From assembly GCA_021818445.1 (NCBI GenBank), contig JAKAEB010000005.1, forward strand, positions 26,780-90,779: a DNA stretch of 64,000 nt, written 5' to 3'. The notes beneath the pieces are model-generated. The model saw only the letters and a list, made by a program, of their open reading frames with translations, searched no databases and had not been told where the DNA came from. This stretch comes from Planctomycetota bacterium. Its GTDB lineage: Bacteria; Planctomycetota; Phycisphaerae; WQYP01. This document shows positions 26,156 through 36,445 of the stretch, one piece after another. Both the position numbers and the translations under genes were made by a program. The stretch's first letter is position 1, and every line of letters starts with the position of its first letter.

Positions 26156-29011
26156 TTGAGCACACTAAAGGTATATCAAATAGCACGAGAATTGGGGGTG
26201 ACCAGCAAAGACATCATCGCCAAGTGCAAAGCTGAGGGCGTCCCCGGCATTGAAAGCCACCTGAGCGCCGTTAAAACGGGCTTGGCGGTAAGCATCCGTG
26301 AATGGTTCAGCGCGGGTGCACCCAAAACCGCAGTGGAGAAGGCCGCGCATGTCGAGGCCGCCAAGGTACGCCGTAAACGCACCACGAAGACCAAATCCTC
26401 GGCGAAAGAGTCACACACGTCTGACGATGCCGAAACGGAGGCGTCGGTGGCGGTGATGGAACCTGAAACCGATCCCAGCGCTCCGTCCGAAACATCATCA
26501 GAAAGTGAAACCTCTGCCGCATCAGAATTCCAGTCGCAGACGGCCGACGAAGTGGCAGACACTTCCGCACGCGATGAAACGCATACCTCTGCGGAAGATG
26601 TGGAGTCTGCCGCCGAGAAAACGCGTGTTAAGGCAAAAGAATCGCACGCGCCAGAGGCATCGCCGACTCCAGCGGCACCGGCCGCGCCGGCGAAGCCTGC
26701 TGCACCTGAAATTCCGCAAAAACCCGTCAAGCCGGTGGCTCCCATTGCACCTCGTGGTGTGCCGAATGTGGTTGCCAAGCCGGTTGTGACGGCTGTTGGC
26801 CCGAAAAATATCCCCGCTCCGGCGCAGATGCAGGGGCCGCGCCTTATCCGTGTGGAAGCGCCGGACCCCGTGCGGGCGATACGCCAGCGTCCGAGACCCG
26901 CCACGCCGTTTACACCCGGTGGTCCGCGTCTCGACTCGATGCCGCCGCCGCCGCCAACCAATACACGCCATCGAAAATCGGGCTTTACCACTGCACCGCG
27001 CGTTGATGATGAGGAGGCCGAGGCCAAGCGAAAAGGGCGGCTTGGGCGGCGCGGCCATGGTCACGATGCAGACGCCGGCCTTGAGCAGATACGCGAATGG
27101 ACGGAGGCCGAAATTGCTGAACGTGCCGAGCGCATTGCCGCCGCCGGGCAGGGTGCCCTTCGCGAGCGCCGCCGCGAGGCCAAACAGAATCAGCAAAAAC
27201 GTCAAAACGCCGCGTCGCATCAGGCGCAGCGCCCGACCCATATTGAGATTACCGCGCCCATCACGATCCGGCAGTTATCGCAGGCCATGGGCGTACAGGC
27301 CGGAAAATTGCTGGGCAAACTATTGGCGCAGAACATCATCGTGACGGTCAACCAGACCATCGAGGATGATGTGGCGCAACTGCTGGCCGCTGAAAATGGT
27401 GTGGAACTTATTGTAAAACAGCGCGAGTCGCTGCTGCAGTTGATGGTTCGAAAATATTCCGAACTCAAGGCTTCTGCGCCCACTGAGTCCCGGGCCCCGG
27501 TAGTCACGGTGCTCGGCCATGTGGACCACGGCAAAACCAGCTTGCTGGATAAAATCCGTTCGGCCAATGTCGCGGCCGGCGAGGCCGGAGGCATTACCCA
27601 GCATATCGGTGCCTACACCGTGAAAATTACGGGTTCAGACGGTAAAACCAAACGCGTCACCTTTTTGGATACCCCCGGTCACCAGGCATTTACCGCCATG
27701 CGTGCCCGTGGTGCCAACATGACCGATGTGGTGGTGCTTGTGGTGGCCGCCGACGACGGCGTAATGCCGCAGACCGTGGAATCGATCAACCATGCCAAGG
27801 CGGCTGGCGTGCCAATTGTTGTGGCGCTAAACAAAATTGATAAGCCCGAGGCTCGGCCCGACCGGGTGTTGGGTCAATTGGCGGAAAACGGCCTGAATCC
27901 ATCGGAATGGGGAGGCGAGACTGAAGTGGTGCGTACCAGCGCCACCACCGGTCAGGGTGTGCGTGAACTCATTGAATATCTTGACTACGTTGCGTCGCTT
28001 CGGGAACTTAAAGCATCGCCAAGCCTGCCCGCCAGCGGACGGGTTGTTGAGGCATTTATGGATCCCAGTCGCGGGGCAGTAGCGCGTGTTCTGGTGCAGG
28101 ATGGAACGCTGCGCATCGGCGATGCGTTGGTGTGCGGAGCCACCTCAGGACGCGTACGATCGATGTCCGACGATAAAAATCAACCCATTACGGAAGCTGG
28201 CCCCGCCACCCCCATTGAGGTCATCGGGCTGGATGCGGCACCCACGGCTGGCGAGAGTTTTTATGTGGTTGAGGATATATCGCAGGCCAAGGCCATTGCC
28301 GAGGAGCAGGCCGTCGCGGTGCGAGAATCGGAAATCGCCCGCCGGAGCAAAGTGACACTGGACAACCTTTTTGACACCATCAAACAGGGCGAAGTGCGGG
28401 AACTCAACATCATCCTCAAGGCCGATGTGCAGGGTTCCGTCGATGTGCTTCGGAAGGTGGTTACCGAGGAGCTTTCCAAAGAGGTGCAGGTGAAGTTGCT
28501 CCATGCGGCTGTTGGCGGGATCACCGAAAGCGATGTGCTGCTTGCGGACGCATCGGGTGCCATGATTATTGGTTTTTCGGTAACGCCGGATGAGTCGGCT
28601 CGCAAACTTGCCGAACGTACCGGCGTGGAGATACGCCTATATCGTATTATTTATGAGATCAGTGACGATATCCGCAAGGCCCTGGCTGGCATGCTGTCGC
28701 CCGAAAAACAGGAACAGGTTGTCGGACGGGCTGAAATCCGCAAGGTGATCCGTGTGACCAAACTTGGGTCCATTGCCGGGTGCATGGTCACCGATGGCAT
28801 ATTAAATCGTTCCAATAAATACCGCCTTATTCGAGATGGAGTGGTGGTGGTTGAAAATCTGGCGCTCGATTCGCTCAAACGTTTCAAGGATGACACCAAA
28901 GAAGTGCGATCCGGCATGGAATGCGGATTGAAGCTTGCCGGTTACGACGATATCAAGGTGGGCGATCGGCTTGAGGCTTACAAGACCGTGGATGTTGCAC
29001 GTACACTCTGA
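26156..29011 (+). CDS. infB: Translation initiation factor IF-2
   Basis: [28 protein letters not shown] and KADVQGS; TTG start after GGAG. Confidence 0.98.
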   Translation: MSTLKVYQIARELGVTSKDIIAKCKAEGVPGIESHLSAVKTGLAVSIREWFSAGAPKTAVEKAAHVEAAKVRRKRTTKTKSSAKESHTSDDAETEASVAVMEPETDPSAPSETSSESETSAASEFQSQTADEVADTSARDETHTSAEDVESAAEKTRVKAKESHAPEASPTPAAPAAPAKPAAPEIPQKPVKPVAPIAPRGVPNVVAKPVVTAVGPKNIPAPAQMQGPRLIRVEAPDPVRAIRQRPRPATPFTPGGPRLDSMPPPPPTNTRHRKSGFTTAPRVDDEEAEAKRKGRLGRRGHGHDADAGLEQIREWTEAEIAERAERIAAAGQGALRERRREAKQNQQKRQNAASHQAQRPTHIEITAPITIRQLSQAMGVQAGKLLGKLLAQNIIVTVNQTIEDDVAQLLAAENGVELIVKQRESLLQLMVRKYSELKASAPTESRAPVVTVLGHVDHGKTSLLDKIRSANVAAGEAGGITQHIGAYTVKITGSDGKTKRVTFLDTPGHQAFTAMRARGANMTDVVVLVVAADDGVMPQTVESINHAKAAGVPIVVALNKIDKPEARPDRVLGQLAENGLNPSEWGGETEVVRTSATTGQGVRELIEYLDYVASLRELKASPSLPASGRVVEAFMDPSRGAVARVLVQDGTLRIGDALVCGATSGRVRSMSDDKNQPITEAGPATPIEVIGLDAAPTAGESFYVVEDISQAKAIAEEQAVAVRESEIARRSKVTLDNLFDTIKQGEVRELNIILKADVQGSVDVLRKVVTEELSKEVQVKLLHAAVGGITESDVLLADASGAMIIGFSVTPDESARKLAERTGVEIRLYRIIYEISDDIRKALAGMLSPEKQEQVVGRAEIRKVIRVTKLGSIAGCMVTDGILNRSNKYRLIRDGVVVVENLALDSLKRFKDDTKEVRSGMECGLKLAGYDDIKVGDRLEAYKTVDVARTL

Positions 29012-29052
29012 TGACAATGGGGTCTTTTCACCCGCTGCGACGGGTTTGAATC

Positions 29053-29334
29053 TTGAATATTGGAATATTGCAGGTGAGTTTGAAAATTGGTGATGCGTTA
29101 ACCGTCCGCGACAAACGCCGCATATTGCGGTCTGTCAAAGACAGTTGGCATCATCATCACAATGTGTCGGTTGCCGAGGTGGGCGACGCCGATCATCCGC
29201 AGCACGCTATGCTGGGGGTGGCAATGGTCGGTGCTGACCGGCGGCGGCTGGAAAGCTCACTTTCCCGGATGGTGCACTCGATCGAAAAGGAACGTCGATT
29301 GGAGCTTCTGGACTATCAAATTGAGATATTGTGA
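29053..29334 (+). CDS. DUF503 (YlxP-like) protein
   Basis: DKRRILRS...NVSVAEVG; typical position between infB and rbfA. Confidence 0.85.
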   Translation: MNIGILQVSLKIGDALTVRDKRRILRSVKDSWHHHHNVSVAEVGDADHPQHAMLGVAMVGADRRRLESSLSRMVHSIEKERRLELLDYQIEIL

Positions 29335-29385
29335 TAAGGCGGCATCCGCGTCCCGATGTCATCTGATGGAGTGGCCAACGCAGCA

Positions 29386-29841
29386 ATGAATTTCCGCAAG
29401 CAGAAACTTGAATCCCAGATTCGGCGCGTGCTCTCATCAGCCCTTCTGCGTGACGTGGCCGATCCGCGTGTCATGGGCCTGGTCAGCATTACCCACATTG
29501 AACTCACCGCCGACCTGCATGATTGCAAGGTGTACGTGAGTGTGCTATCGGATATTCCTACCGGCACAGTGATGCAGGGGCTGCATTCAGCCAAGCCGAC
29601 CATCCAGCGTACATTGGCCAAAAACCTGGCGACGCGCACGGTACCGCGCCTTCATTTTGTTTTAGATGAATCGCTTAAAAAACAGGCCGAGGTACTTGGA
29701 ATATTAAAAACTGTGGCCGAATCACCTTCCGCCCCGCCCGAAGCGGTCATCGACGCACCGCTGCCTGAAAAACGCCGCGTTAATGAACCGGACTTATCGC
29801 AGTTAAACGTAAACCAACCACCCATTGAGGAAATAGAATGA
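29386..29841 (+). CDS. rbfA: Ribosome-binding factor A
   Basis: DPRV..VSITHIELTADL...KVYVS and RTVPRLHFVLDES; synteny with infB. Confidence 0.93.
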   Translation: MNFRKQKLESQIRRVLSSALLRDVADPRVMGLVSITHIELTADLHDCKVYVSVLSDIPTGTVMQGLHSAKPTIQRTLAKNLATRTVPRLHFVLDESLKKQAEVLGILKTVAESPSAPPEAVIDAPLPEKRRVNEPDLSQLNVNQPPIEEIE

Positions 29842-30680
29842 AGAAGAAGCCTAATTTGCAGGGTGCCCGCAAAAAAATTATCGACCGCTTCGTCAGCGCA
29901 GGGTCGGTAAAGCCAGGTGAAACCGCTATGCCGCTGGCCAACCTCTGTACCACATTTTGTGTGGCCGAAGACCTGGCCAAAATGCCCGTGGCGCAGGCCC
30001 GGCTCAAAACAGCCATTCCGCGCATGATCAGGGCGTTTTTGGAGTTTGACGCCGACAACGCCCGCGCTCAGGCGGCGGAAGCCCGTCTGGCTGCCGCTAT
30101 GGTTGATCTTAACGAACTTCGTGTGACGCCCGCCATCGAAGTCGCCGCCATCTTAGGGTCGCGTTATCCCTTTTCTGAACACCGCAGTTCTCTTTTGCAC
30201 CGGACGCTGCAGTCTATATACGAGCGCGAAAATCAGATGTCGCTGGCAAGCCTGCAAACCATGAAAAAAACAGAAGTCCGTAATTACCTTCGCACGCTTG
30301 CCGGTATAACCCCTTACGTCGAGGCGGCGGTGGCGCTGGAATGTTTTGAGGTGGCCGCTTGTCCAGTTGATACCAAATTAATGCTTTGGCTTATCAGCAA
30401 GGGTGTGCTTGACGAGAGTTGCACACCCATTGAAGCCCAGCAGACGCTTGAACGCGAAATCGTTGCAAAAAAAATGCACAGCTTCTATCTTGGTTCCCGC
30501 AAGGAACTTGAAGATTGGGCACCTAAAGTCTGGCCACCCGTCGCCAAGGTGCCATCGCCGGTGCTTGCGCCACCGGCTCTCACCGCACAGCCGGTTGCAG
30601 CCGCCGCAGCCAAGCCGGCGAAAGCCCGTGCCGTAAAACCTAAACCGATCACTGTAAAAAAAGCGGCTGTAAAAAAATGA
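29838..30680 (+). CDS. Degenerate HhH-GPD (endonuclease III-like) fold protein with Lys/Ala/Pro-rich tail
   Basis: DLNELRV and YLRTLAGITPYVEAAV...CPVD resemble the HhH and PVD motifs. Confidence 0.55.
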   Translation: MKKKPNLQGARKKIIDRFVSAGSVKPGETAMPLANLCTTFCVAEDLAKMPVAQARLKTAIPRMIRAFLEFDADNARAQAAEARLAAAMVDLNELRVTPAIEVAAILGSRYPFSEHRSSLLHRTLQSIYERENQMSLASLQTMKKTEVRNYLRTLAGITPYVEAAVALECFEVAACPVDTKLMLWLISKGVLDESCTPIEAQQTLEREIVAKKMHSFYLGSRKELEDWAPKVWPPVAKVPSPVLAPPALTAQPVAAAAAKPAKARAVKPKPITVKKAAVKK

Positions 30681-30735
30681 TCGGCCGTTGCGGATTAAGA
30701 CCGTATCGATAAATTTAAAAATTATGGAGTAATCA

Positions 30736-31620
30736 ATGCTCAAATCATCACCGGGTATCCTCCGACTCGGTATCCCCAAGGGTTCGCTGGAGAGCGCCAC
30801 CGTCGATCTGTTCGCACGCGCGGGGTGGCGCATTTCTATCAATGACCGCAGCTATTTTCCAACCATAGACGACCCGACCATCGAGGTTGTGCTGTTTCGG
30901 GCCCAGGAAATGTCACGCTATGTCGAAGAAAATGTCGTCGACGTTGGCTTGACCGGTTCCGATTGGATACGCGAAAATAATTCAGATGTACATGAAGTGG
31001 CTGAGCTTGTTTACAGCAAAGCCACCAGCCGACCGGCGAAATGGGTACTCGCCGTTCCGCAGGAGTCGGCGGTTCAAAAGCCCGAAGATCTTGCCAACGG
31101 CGTGATAGCGACCGAACTGGTGCGCGTGACCAAACAATACTTTGACGAGCGCAAAATACCTATCAAGGTAGAATTCAGTTGGGGAGCGACCGAGGTTAAA
31201 GCCCGATTGCTTGATGCCATTGTCGATATCACCGAGACTGGCTCATCCATCCGCGCCAATAATCTCCGCATCATTGATACGCTGCTGACCAGCACCACGC
31301 GCCTTATCGCCAATCATCACGCGTGGGGCGATTCGGCCAAGCGTGAGAAAATAGAAAATCTCGCGCTGCTTCTTCAGGGGGCCATCAACGCGCGGGAAAA
31401 AGTGGGCCTTAAACTCAACAGCCCCCGGGAGAAACTTGATGCGATCCTCGCCTTGCTGCCGGCGGAAAAATCTCCCACTGTTTCCCCCTTGGCCGATGGC
31501 AGTTGGGTGGCCGTTGAGGTTATTGTTGAAGAGCGACTTGAGCGCGAACTGGTCCCACGACTCAAGCGTGCCGGTGCCACGGGGCTTATCAGCTATCCGC
31601 TTAATAAAGTTATCGCTTAA
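30736..31620 (+). CDS. hisG: ATP phosphoribosyltransferase, long form
   Basis: LGIPKGSL, RAQEM, DVGLTGSDW and DAIVDITETGSS; C-terminal regulatory domain. Confidence 0.96.
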   Translation: MLKSSPGILRLGIPKGSLESATVDLFARAGWRISINDRSYFPTIDDPTIEVVLFRAQEMSRYVEENVVDVGLTGSDWIRENNSDVHEVAELVYSKATSRPAKWVLAVPQESAVQKPEDLANGVIATELVRVTKQYFDERKIPIKVEFSWGATEVKARLLDAIVDITETGSSIRANNLRIIDTLLTSTTRLIANHHAWGDSAKREKIENLALLLQGAINAREKVGLKLNSPREKLDAILALLPAEKSPTVSPLADGSWVAVEVIVEERLERELVPRLKRAGATGLISYPLNKVIA

Positions 31621-31632
31621 GGGTATTGACCT

Positions 31633-31842
31633 ATGCTGCCTCCTTCCGCCTCAAGACCTGTTATTGAACATTTAGCCCCCGTGCTGCATGGCCCGGTGGT
31701 TCCCGCCGAGGCGGCGTGGGCGCGATACGTGCTTCTTGCGATCGTCTGGTTTTTTGTCATTGCGGTATTGACCGGCCCTGTTGAACGCTGGTTACGATCA
31801 CGCAAGGCAGGTAATCTGCCGCGATCCAGACCACGTTGGTAA
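31633..31842 (+). CDS. Small hypothetical membrane protein
   Basis: 69-aa ORF with one TM helix filling the hisG-yajQ gap. Confidence 0.5.
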   Translation: MLPPSASRPVIEHLAPVLHGPVVPAEAAWARYVLLAIVWFFVIAVLTGPVERWLRSRKAGNLPRSRPRW

Positions 31843-31888
31843 AATTGATGCTGTCAGGCCCGAATTCGTTGTGTGGAAGGAAATATTT

Positions 31889-32389
31889 ATGGCGTCTAAT
31901 CATACATTTGATATCGTCAACGAAATTGATCTCCAGGCCATGGACGAGGCGATCGTTCAAGCCCGCCGGGAAATTGCCAATCGCTACGACTTTCGCGGTT
32001 CGGCGGCCGGTATCGGCGATTTTGACCGGAAGGAAAAATTATTAACTCTCACCGCCGACCATGAACCGCAGCTTGATGCCGTCATCGAGGTGCTGATATC
32101 CAAGATGGTGAAACGAGGTGTCGATTCGCGCGTGCTTGATCGGCAGAAGATTGAGGCCGCCACCCACAAAACACTTCGCCAGGTGGTTAAACTCAAATCG
32201 GGCATTGATCGGGATAACGCCAAGACGCTTCAGCAGCGCATCAAAGATTTGGGGCTTAAGGTAAATGTTTCCATCCAGGGCGAGACACTTCGGGTGGCAG
32301 GCCCCAAAATTGACGATCTGCAGGCGATAATTGCCGAGTTTAAAGCGCGTCCGCCGGCGGTACCGGTGCAATTCACCAACTTCAGATAA
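31889..32389 (+). CDS. yajQ: YajQ-family nucleotide/c-di-GMP-binding protein
   Basis: TFDIVNEID, NRYDFRGS, SIQGETLRV, DDLQ and QFTNFR. Confidence 0.93.
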   Translation: MASNHTFDIVNEIDLQAMDEAIVQARREIANRYDFRGSAAGIGDFDRKEKLLTLTADHEPQLDAVIEVLISKMVKRGVDSRVLDRQKIEAATHKTLRQVVKLKSGIDRDNAKTLQQRIKDLGLKVNVSIQGETLRVAGPKIDDLQAIIAEFKARPPAVPVQFTNFR

Positions 32390-32406
32390 AACGCTTCGGG
32401 TGGTAA

Positions 32407-33165
32407 ATGAGGAAATTTAATACCAAGCCGGCACTGCATGTTGAGCCAACCACCCTCTGGGAATATCCGTCGCAAGATTACGGCACGTCTCCACATGGTG
32501 ATACCGGCTTTCTGGGGGCCACACCCGCATGGGTCATATGGAATCTTCTCCAGCGCTACACACGCGAAAATGATAAGGTGCTCGATCCTATGTGCGGCAG
32601 CGGCACCACGATAGATGTTGCCGAGGAACTTCATCGCATACCCATTGGCTGTGATCTTGCCCCCACCCGCCCGGATATTCAACAGGCCGACGCCCGCTAT
32701 TTGCCATTGAAAAGTGGCACCGTTGATTTTGCGTTTGTCGATCCCCCCTACAGCACGCACATTCACTATTCTGATGACAAGCGCTGCATCGGCAAATTGG
32801 ACGCATCACCCATCGATGGCCCCCCTGCCGATAACCCGTATTACCGCGCTATGGACGACGTATTTAAGGAACTGAATCGCGTGCTTAAGCCGCGCCGCTA
32901 CCTTGCCATTTATGTCAGTGATTCATTCAAAAAGGGCAAGCCGTTCATGCCGATCGGCTTTGAATTGTTTTCCATTTTGCGGCGGCGTTTTCAACCCGTG
33001 GACATCATTGCGGTGGTGCGGCACAACCAAAAATTGACCCGCAATCACTGGCAGACGGAAGCGGTGCGAGGAAACTTTTTTCTGCGGGGGTTCAATTACC
33101 TGCTGATATTCAAAAAGCCCGAATCATCCACCGCACGCCCATCAGGCTCAACGACCGCGGCCTGA
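32407..33165 (+). CDS. Orphan SAM-dependent amino-methyltransferase (DNA N6/N4 or Trm11-like)
   Basis: VLDPMCGSGTT (motif I) followed by FVDPPY (motif IV). Confidence 0.85.
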   Translation: MRKFNTKPALHVEPTTLWEYPSQDYGTSPHGDTGFLGATPAWVIWNLLQRYTRENDKVLDPMCGSGTTIDVAEELHRIPIGCDLAPTRPDIQQADARYLPLKSGTVDFAFVDPPYSTHIHYSDDKRCIGKLDASPIDGPPADNPYYRAMDDVFKELNRVLKPRRYLAIYVSDSFKKGKPFMPIGFELFSILRRRFQPVDIIAVVRHNQKLTRNHWQTEAVRGNFFLRGFNYLLIFKKPESSTARPSGSTTAA

Positions 33166-34287
33166 CAGCAGCAATCTGCCATCAGATTTATGTGAAGCCG
33201 CAGTTCCCGCCGGCCAGAAAAACAAATGGGCCAGCGCAACGGCCAATTCTGGCATCGAGATACGTCGATCTGCCAGCATATAAACTGGCTCCCACGGCAT
33301 ATCGCAAAGCCGGTGCCGAAACGCCTCGAGGCCGGCAAAATTATAGAATCGATTGCCCCAGCGGCGTGCGCACCAACGCATCAACCGAAATGACCACGGA
33401 TTGCTGTATCGATTCGCCAGATAGCGCTCGCTTAGCGCGGTCAGTCCCAGCGACATCTGCCCATCGTTGGGCAGGCACCCCCGCGAGAGTACATGGTCGC
33501 ATAATGCCTCAATGACGCCATTGGGTGCGTCGGGTCTGCGTATCATGTGCTCGGCGAGAAATCGATTCCCGACGGGTGGCGCTGCAAGGCATATGTACGC
33601 CATAACCTCACCTTTCTCATTCACGGCAGCATGAACACCGTGATAATATTCCAGGTGCGTTGAGAGCCGCGCGTCGGCGGCAAACCCCATTGGCGGTGCC
33701 GGCCGGGTGTCAATCCATGCACAGAGACAAGTGCTGATTTCCTGCAGCATGCGTGCTGTGGCGTCCCGCCCCGATAGCCGCACGGGAACAAACCTCATCC
33801 CGCGCCGACCACGATTGATCTGGGCCCTGAGTCCCGCCGACTGCGTCTTCAAATGACGCCATTTATCGCTGGTCAATACCGGCTGCGATCCAATAAGTAT
33901 CCGTCTGCGTCCGGTCGCCAATCGATGCGTCTGCGGGGCCTCGGCACCAAAATAAACGCAACGCAACTTCCGTCTGGCCATTTTGCGCTCAAATTCCTCG
34001 GTGACCGCCGCCATATCTGCGATGGAGGCAATCGGGCTTCCCAAGGCAAATACAATCCTCCCCCGACGAGAGTAGTACACACAACCCCGCGAAAGCCGTT
34101 CGCACTTCAGTCGCGATTTTACCGCCGGAGTTTGAATATACTCACCAACCGGTCGATTCAACTTTGGTTGATAGGTCACTTCAGACGGGCGATCCACATT
34201 TTCAGGCAATTCAGCTAAGTAAGGCACCGGCACTTGAGGGCGTTCCCGTGCGGTAGATACGAGGGCTGACTCCGAATTCTCGGCCAT
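33148..34287 (-). CDS. DUF2156 / MprF-type aminoacyl-transferase C-terminal domain protein (start uncertain)
   Basis: ALGSPI, LRAQINR, MIRRPDAPNGVIEAL, SLGLTAL, FYNFAGLEAFR and WEPVY. Confidence 0.8.
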   Translation of the reverse strand: MAENSESALVSTARERPQVPVPYLAELPENVDRPSEVTYQPKLNRPVGEYIQTPAVKSRLKCERLSRGCVYYSRRGRIVFALGSPIASIADMAAVTEEFERKMARRKLRCVYFGAEAPQTHRLATGRRRILIGSQPVLTSDKWRHLKTQSAGLRAQINRGRRGMRFVPVRLSGRDATARMLQEISTCLCAWIDTRPAPPMGFAADARLSTHLEYYHGVHAAVNEKGEVMAYICLAAPPVGNRFLAEHMIRRPDAPNGVIEALCDHVLSRGCLPNDGQMSLGLTALSERYLANRYSNPWSFRLMRWCARRWGNRFYNFAGLEAFRHRLCDMPWEPVYMLADRRISMPELAVALAHLFFWPAGTAASHKSDGRLLLSGRGR

Positions 34288-35623
34288 ATTCAGAGACAAC
34301 CCCCAAAAGATGATCGGTCGCTTTCACACTCGCGGGCATAAGTACAATTACCAATTGCCCATCTCCCATTTCTGTCACCCGCGCACCATAGGCACCGCAC
34401 CCCGCTGCGGCATCGGTTAAACGCGCGATTACCCAATCGGCGTGAGGCGACGACAAACCCAGTCGCAATCGGTAACTGTGCTGCGACGCCAGCAGCAATC
34501 GGCCGGCCCTCTGCGCACTTAATATACGCGCCGCCTCGGGCAATGGTTCATTCCAGTTAGGAGCCAATTCCTCCATTGCTTGTAAAAAGTTTTCGGCATA
34601 GTCCCCCTCACCGATGAGATGATCCACCGCCGCGCGGATATGGTAAAAATGATCCAGATCGATGCCAACTCCGGGTAACTCCCCGTAGCTGCGTGTAAAG
34701 TCGCGCCCGCGCATACGCCGCGGGAGCAAGGCTCGAAAATAGCGTTTGTAAAGCCCCGGTGAAATATTTCCTAAATATCCGCCGGTGTTGGGTTCAAGCC
34801 CGAGGTCACGGTACACAGTCTCGATAATACGCATCCCCATCGCCCCGGCTACCATCACGCGCTGCGCAATGGCAGGTGCGTCAGGATTTTTCGCATCCAG
34901 TTCGATCGCCAATAACTGAATATTATCCGCAACAGGGATCGTCCCGAGTAATTGATGGGGCTGACAACGATACCGCAGCAGACAAGCACCGCCGCCCGTC
35001 GGAGCGCACAATGCGGTCAATGCATCGACCGTGTGCGCGTGGCTGACACCACCTTCTGCCAGCGCATGAGCCGCCATCTCGGCCTTTTCAAGCGGGGTGG
35101 CGGCAATTCGATAATAATCGCACAGGCACTGCACCAAAGCCGCAGCCAACGCATTAAATGCCGCAGTTGATCCGCGAAGGCTTATGGCATTGTCGATCCC
35201 GATGGATAGCCCCTCACCTACGTTCCGAACATTGCCAAAATGGATACGTGTGGCAATGTGGCGCATGGTGGTCAGTGCAAGGTTAAAGCAGATTGCATCG
35301 TCACCCGGATGGCTGGAAACATCCGCCCTCCAGTCAGCATCGAGCAGATGGCTGATCGCCAGCCTGATCTGAGCTTGCCTCGCGTTACCCGACGAGCATA
35401 TGAAAATCCATAGGTATCCATCGCGACGCGGTGCCACTGCCACGGTGGCCCTCATGCCTAACGTGCTTTGGGCCACAACGCCACCGGTGTGCGCCGCAAG
35501 GCCGCCAGATACGTCAAGTCGCGCTGGCGCACTGGCGGTAATAATGGCGTCGGCCGCTGCGCAATATTCCCCCGCTAGTAATTGATTGATTAAACGTGCT
35601 CGGTCATCCGCACTGCTGGCCAT
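34211..35623 (-). CDS. GHMP-kinase-fold protein (L-arabinokinase/galactokinase-like) with degenerate motifs
   Basis: SAPARLDVSGG, YRCQPH, GYLGNISP, LLLASQHSY and GAYGARVT. Confidence 0.75.
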   Translation of the reverse strand: MASSADDRARLINQLLAGEYCAAADAIITASAPARLDVSGGLAAHTGGVVAQSTLGMRATVAVAPRRDGYLWIFICSSGNARQAQIRLAISHLLDADWRADVSSHPGDDAICFNLALTTMRHIATRIHFGNVRNVGEGLSIGIDNAISLRGSTAAFNALAAALVQCLCDYYRIAATPLEKAEMAAHALAEGGVSHAHTVDALTALCAPTGGGACLLRYRCQPHQLLGTIPVADNIQLLAIELDAKNPDAPAIAQRVMVAGAMGMRIIETVYRDLGLEPNTGGYLGNISPGLYKRYFRALLPRRMRGRDFTRSYGELPGVGIDLDHFYHIRAAVDHLIGEGDYAENFLQAMEELAPNWNEPLPEAARILSAQRAGRLLLASQHSYRLRLGLSSPHADWVIARLTDAAAGCGAYGARVTEMGDGQLVIVLMPASVKATDHLLGVVSEYGREFGVSPRIYRTGTPSSAGALLS

Positions 35624-35989
35624 CGTTCAGAATATACGCGCCCCAACGGCATAGCGGCAAGTGCCTTCCTCCCAAGCCTGAAATTCGTATTGCATCTGTC
35701 CCTTGCGAATAATGGCGAGGCGGCAAGTAATAACAAAAGAAAAGGCAGCGGCACCAAGCATGCCGGTTGCGAGTTGTCGGTTGCGGGCGGTCGGGACAGG
35801 AGACGCGCATTTTCTTTGGTCGACAGCACATGCAGCGGTGTAACGAAGCCGCGGCTGATTGCCAAGGCTTGCCAATTGCGCAGGTGAATCAGTCGCAAAG
35901 CGATATGAAGTAGAGTGCAGCTCGGGCTTTTATCCTGCAGTACCCTCAGTCCGCTTTACCGTCCATGAATGCTGTAGCCAACTCCGCGC

Positions 35990-36040
35990 GCCGCACGGAG
36001 AGATTCCATTATCGCCCGCAGAGTGCGCGAGGATCGCAAA
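35990..36040. repeat. Diverged solo copy of the first module of the 308-bp repeat
   Basis: GCCGCACGGAGAGATTCCATTATCGCCCGCAGAG versus GCCACACGGAGAGGTATTATTATCTCGCGCAGAG at 7777. Confidence 0.6.
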
Positions 36041-36065
36041 TACATTTTTATTGAATGACAACGCG

Positions 36066-36349
36066 CCGGGCAAGACCGGATTTACGCACTGGGGCACCGC
36101 CGCGCACGTATTACAGCCACCGGCTTGCCGGTGGTTCGTGCATTGGCGGTTGGCGGTTGGCGGACGGGCTGCGACAGGCGGTGGCGGGCCTTGCAGGCAT
36201 GCAGACACCGGGCAAGCCCGGTGCTATGTATTTCTGTTGGAAAATCCGTTATCAATGCGGCGTATAGCACAACTTTGCACAGCGGAGAGCGTGAGAAGAG
36301 CCAACATCTTTCATTGGCCGAAAAGCCGCCGGGACAAGTCCGGCGGCTT
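36066..36349. repeat. Cluster of REP-like palindromes with AA/TT centres; the last may act as the gcvP terminator
   Basis: CCACCGGC-TT-GCCGGTGG (36117-36134), CACCGGGC-AA-GCCCGGTG (36206-36223), AAGCCGCCGGGAC-AA-GTCCGGCGGCTT (36323-36349) and a degenerate copy at 36066. Confidence 0.7.
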
Positions 36350-36445
36350 ACTGGCTGTCACCTTTTTATATTTTTTTTCATTTTATCCGTGGATCTGCTC
36401 CCCTGCTCACGATAATACCATCCCTCTTCCAGAGTGGTAATCGGC

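Noticed and set aside
26300-27250. Pro/Ala/Glu-rich low-complexity region as a possible insertion
   Set aside because: A variable, disordered IF-2 N-terminus is normal.
32407-33165. Restriction-modification or phage-defence island
   Set aside because: No nuclease, specificity subunit or mobile genes nearby; the neighbours are housekeeping genes.
35859-36440. 193-aa ORF in the intergenic gap
   Set aside because: It runs through palindromic repeats, is Cys/Arg-rich, and has no RBS or recognisable motif.
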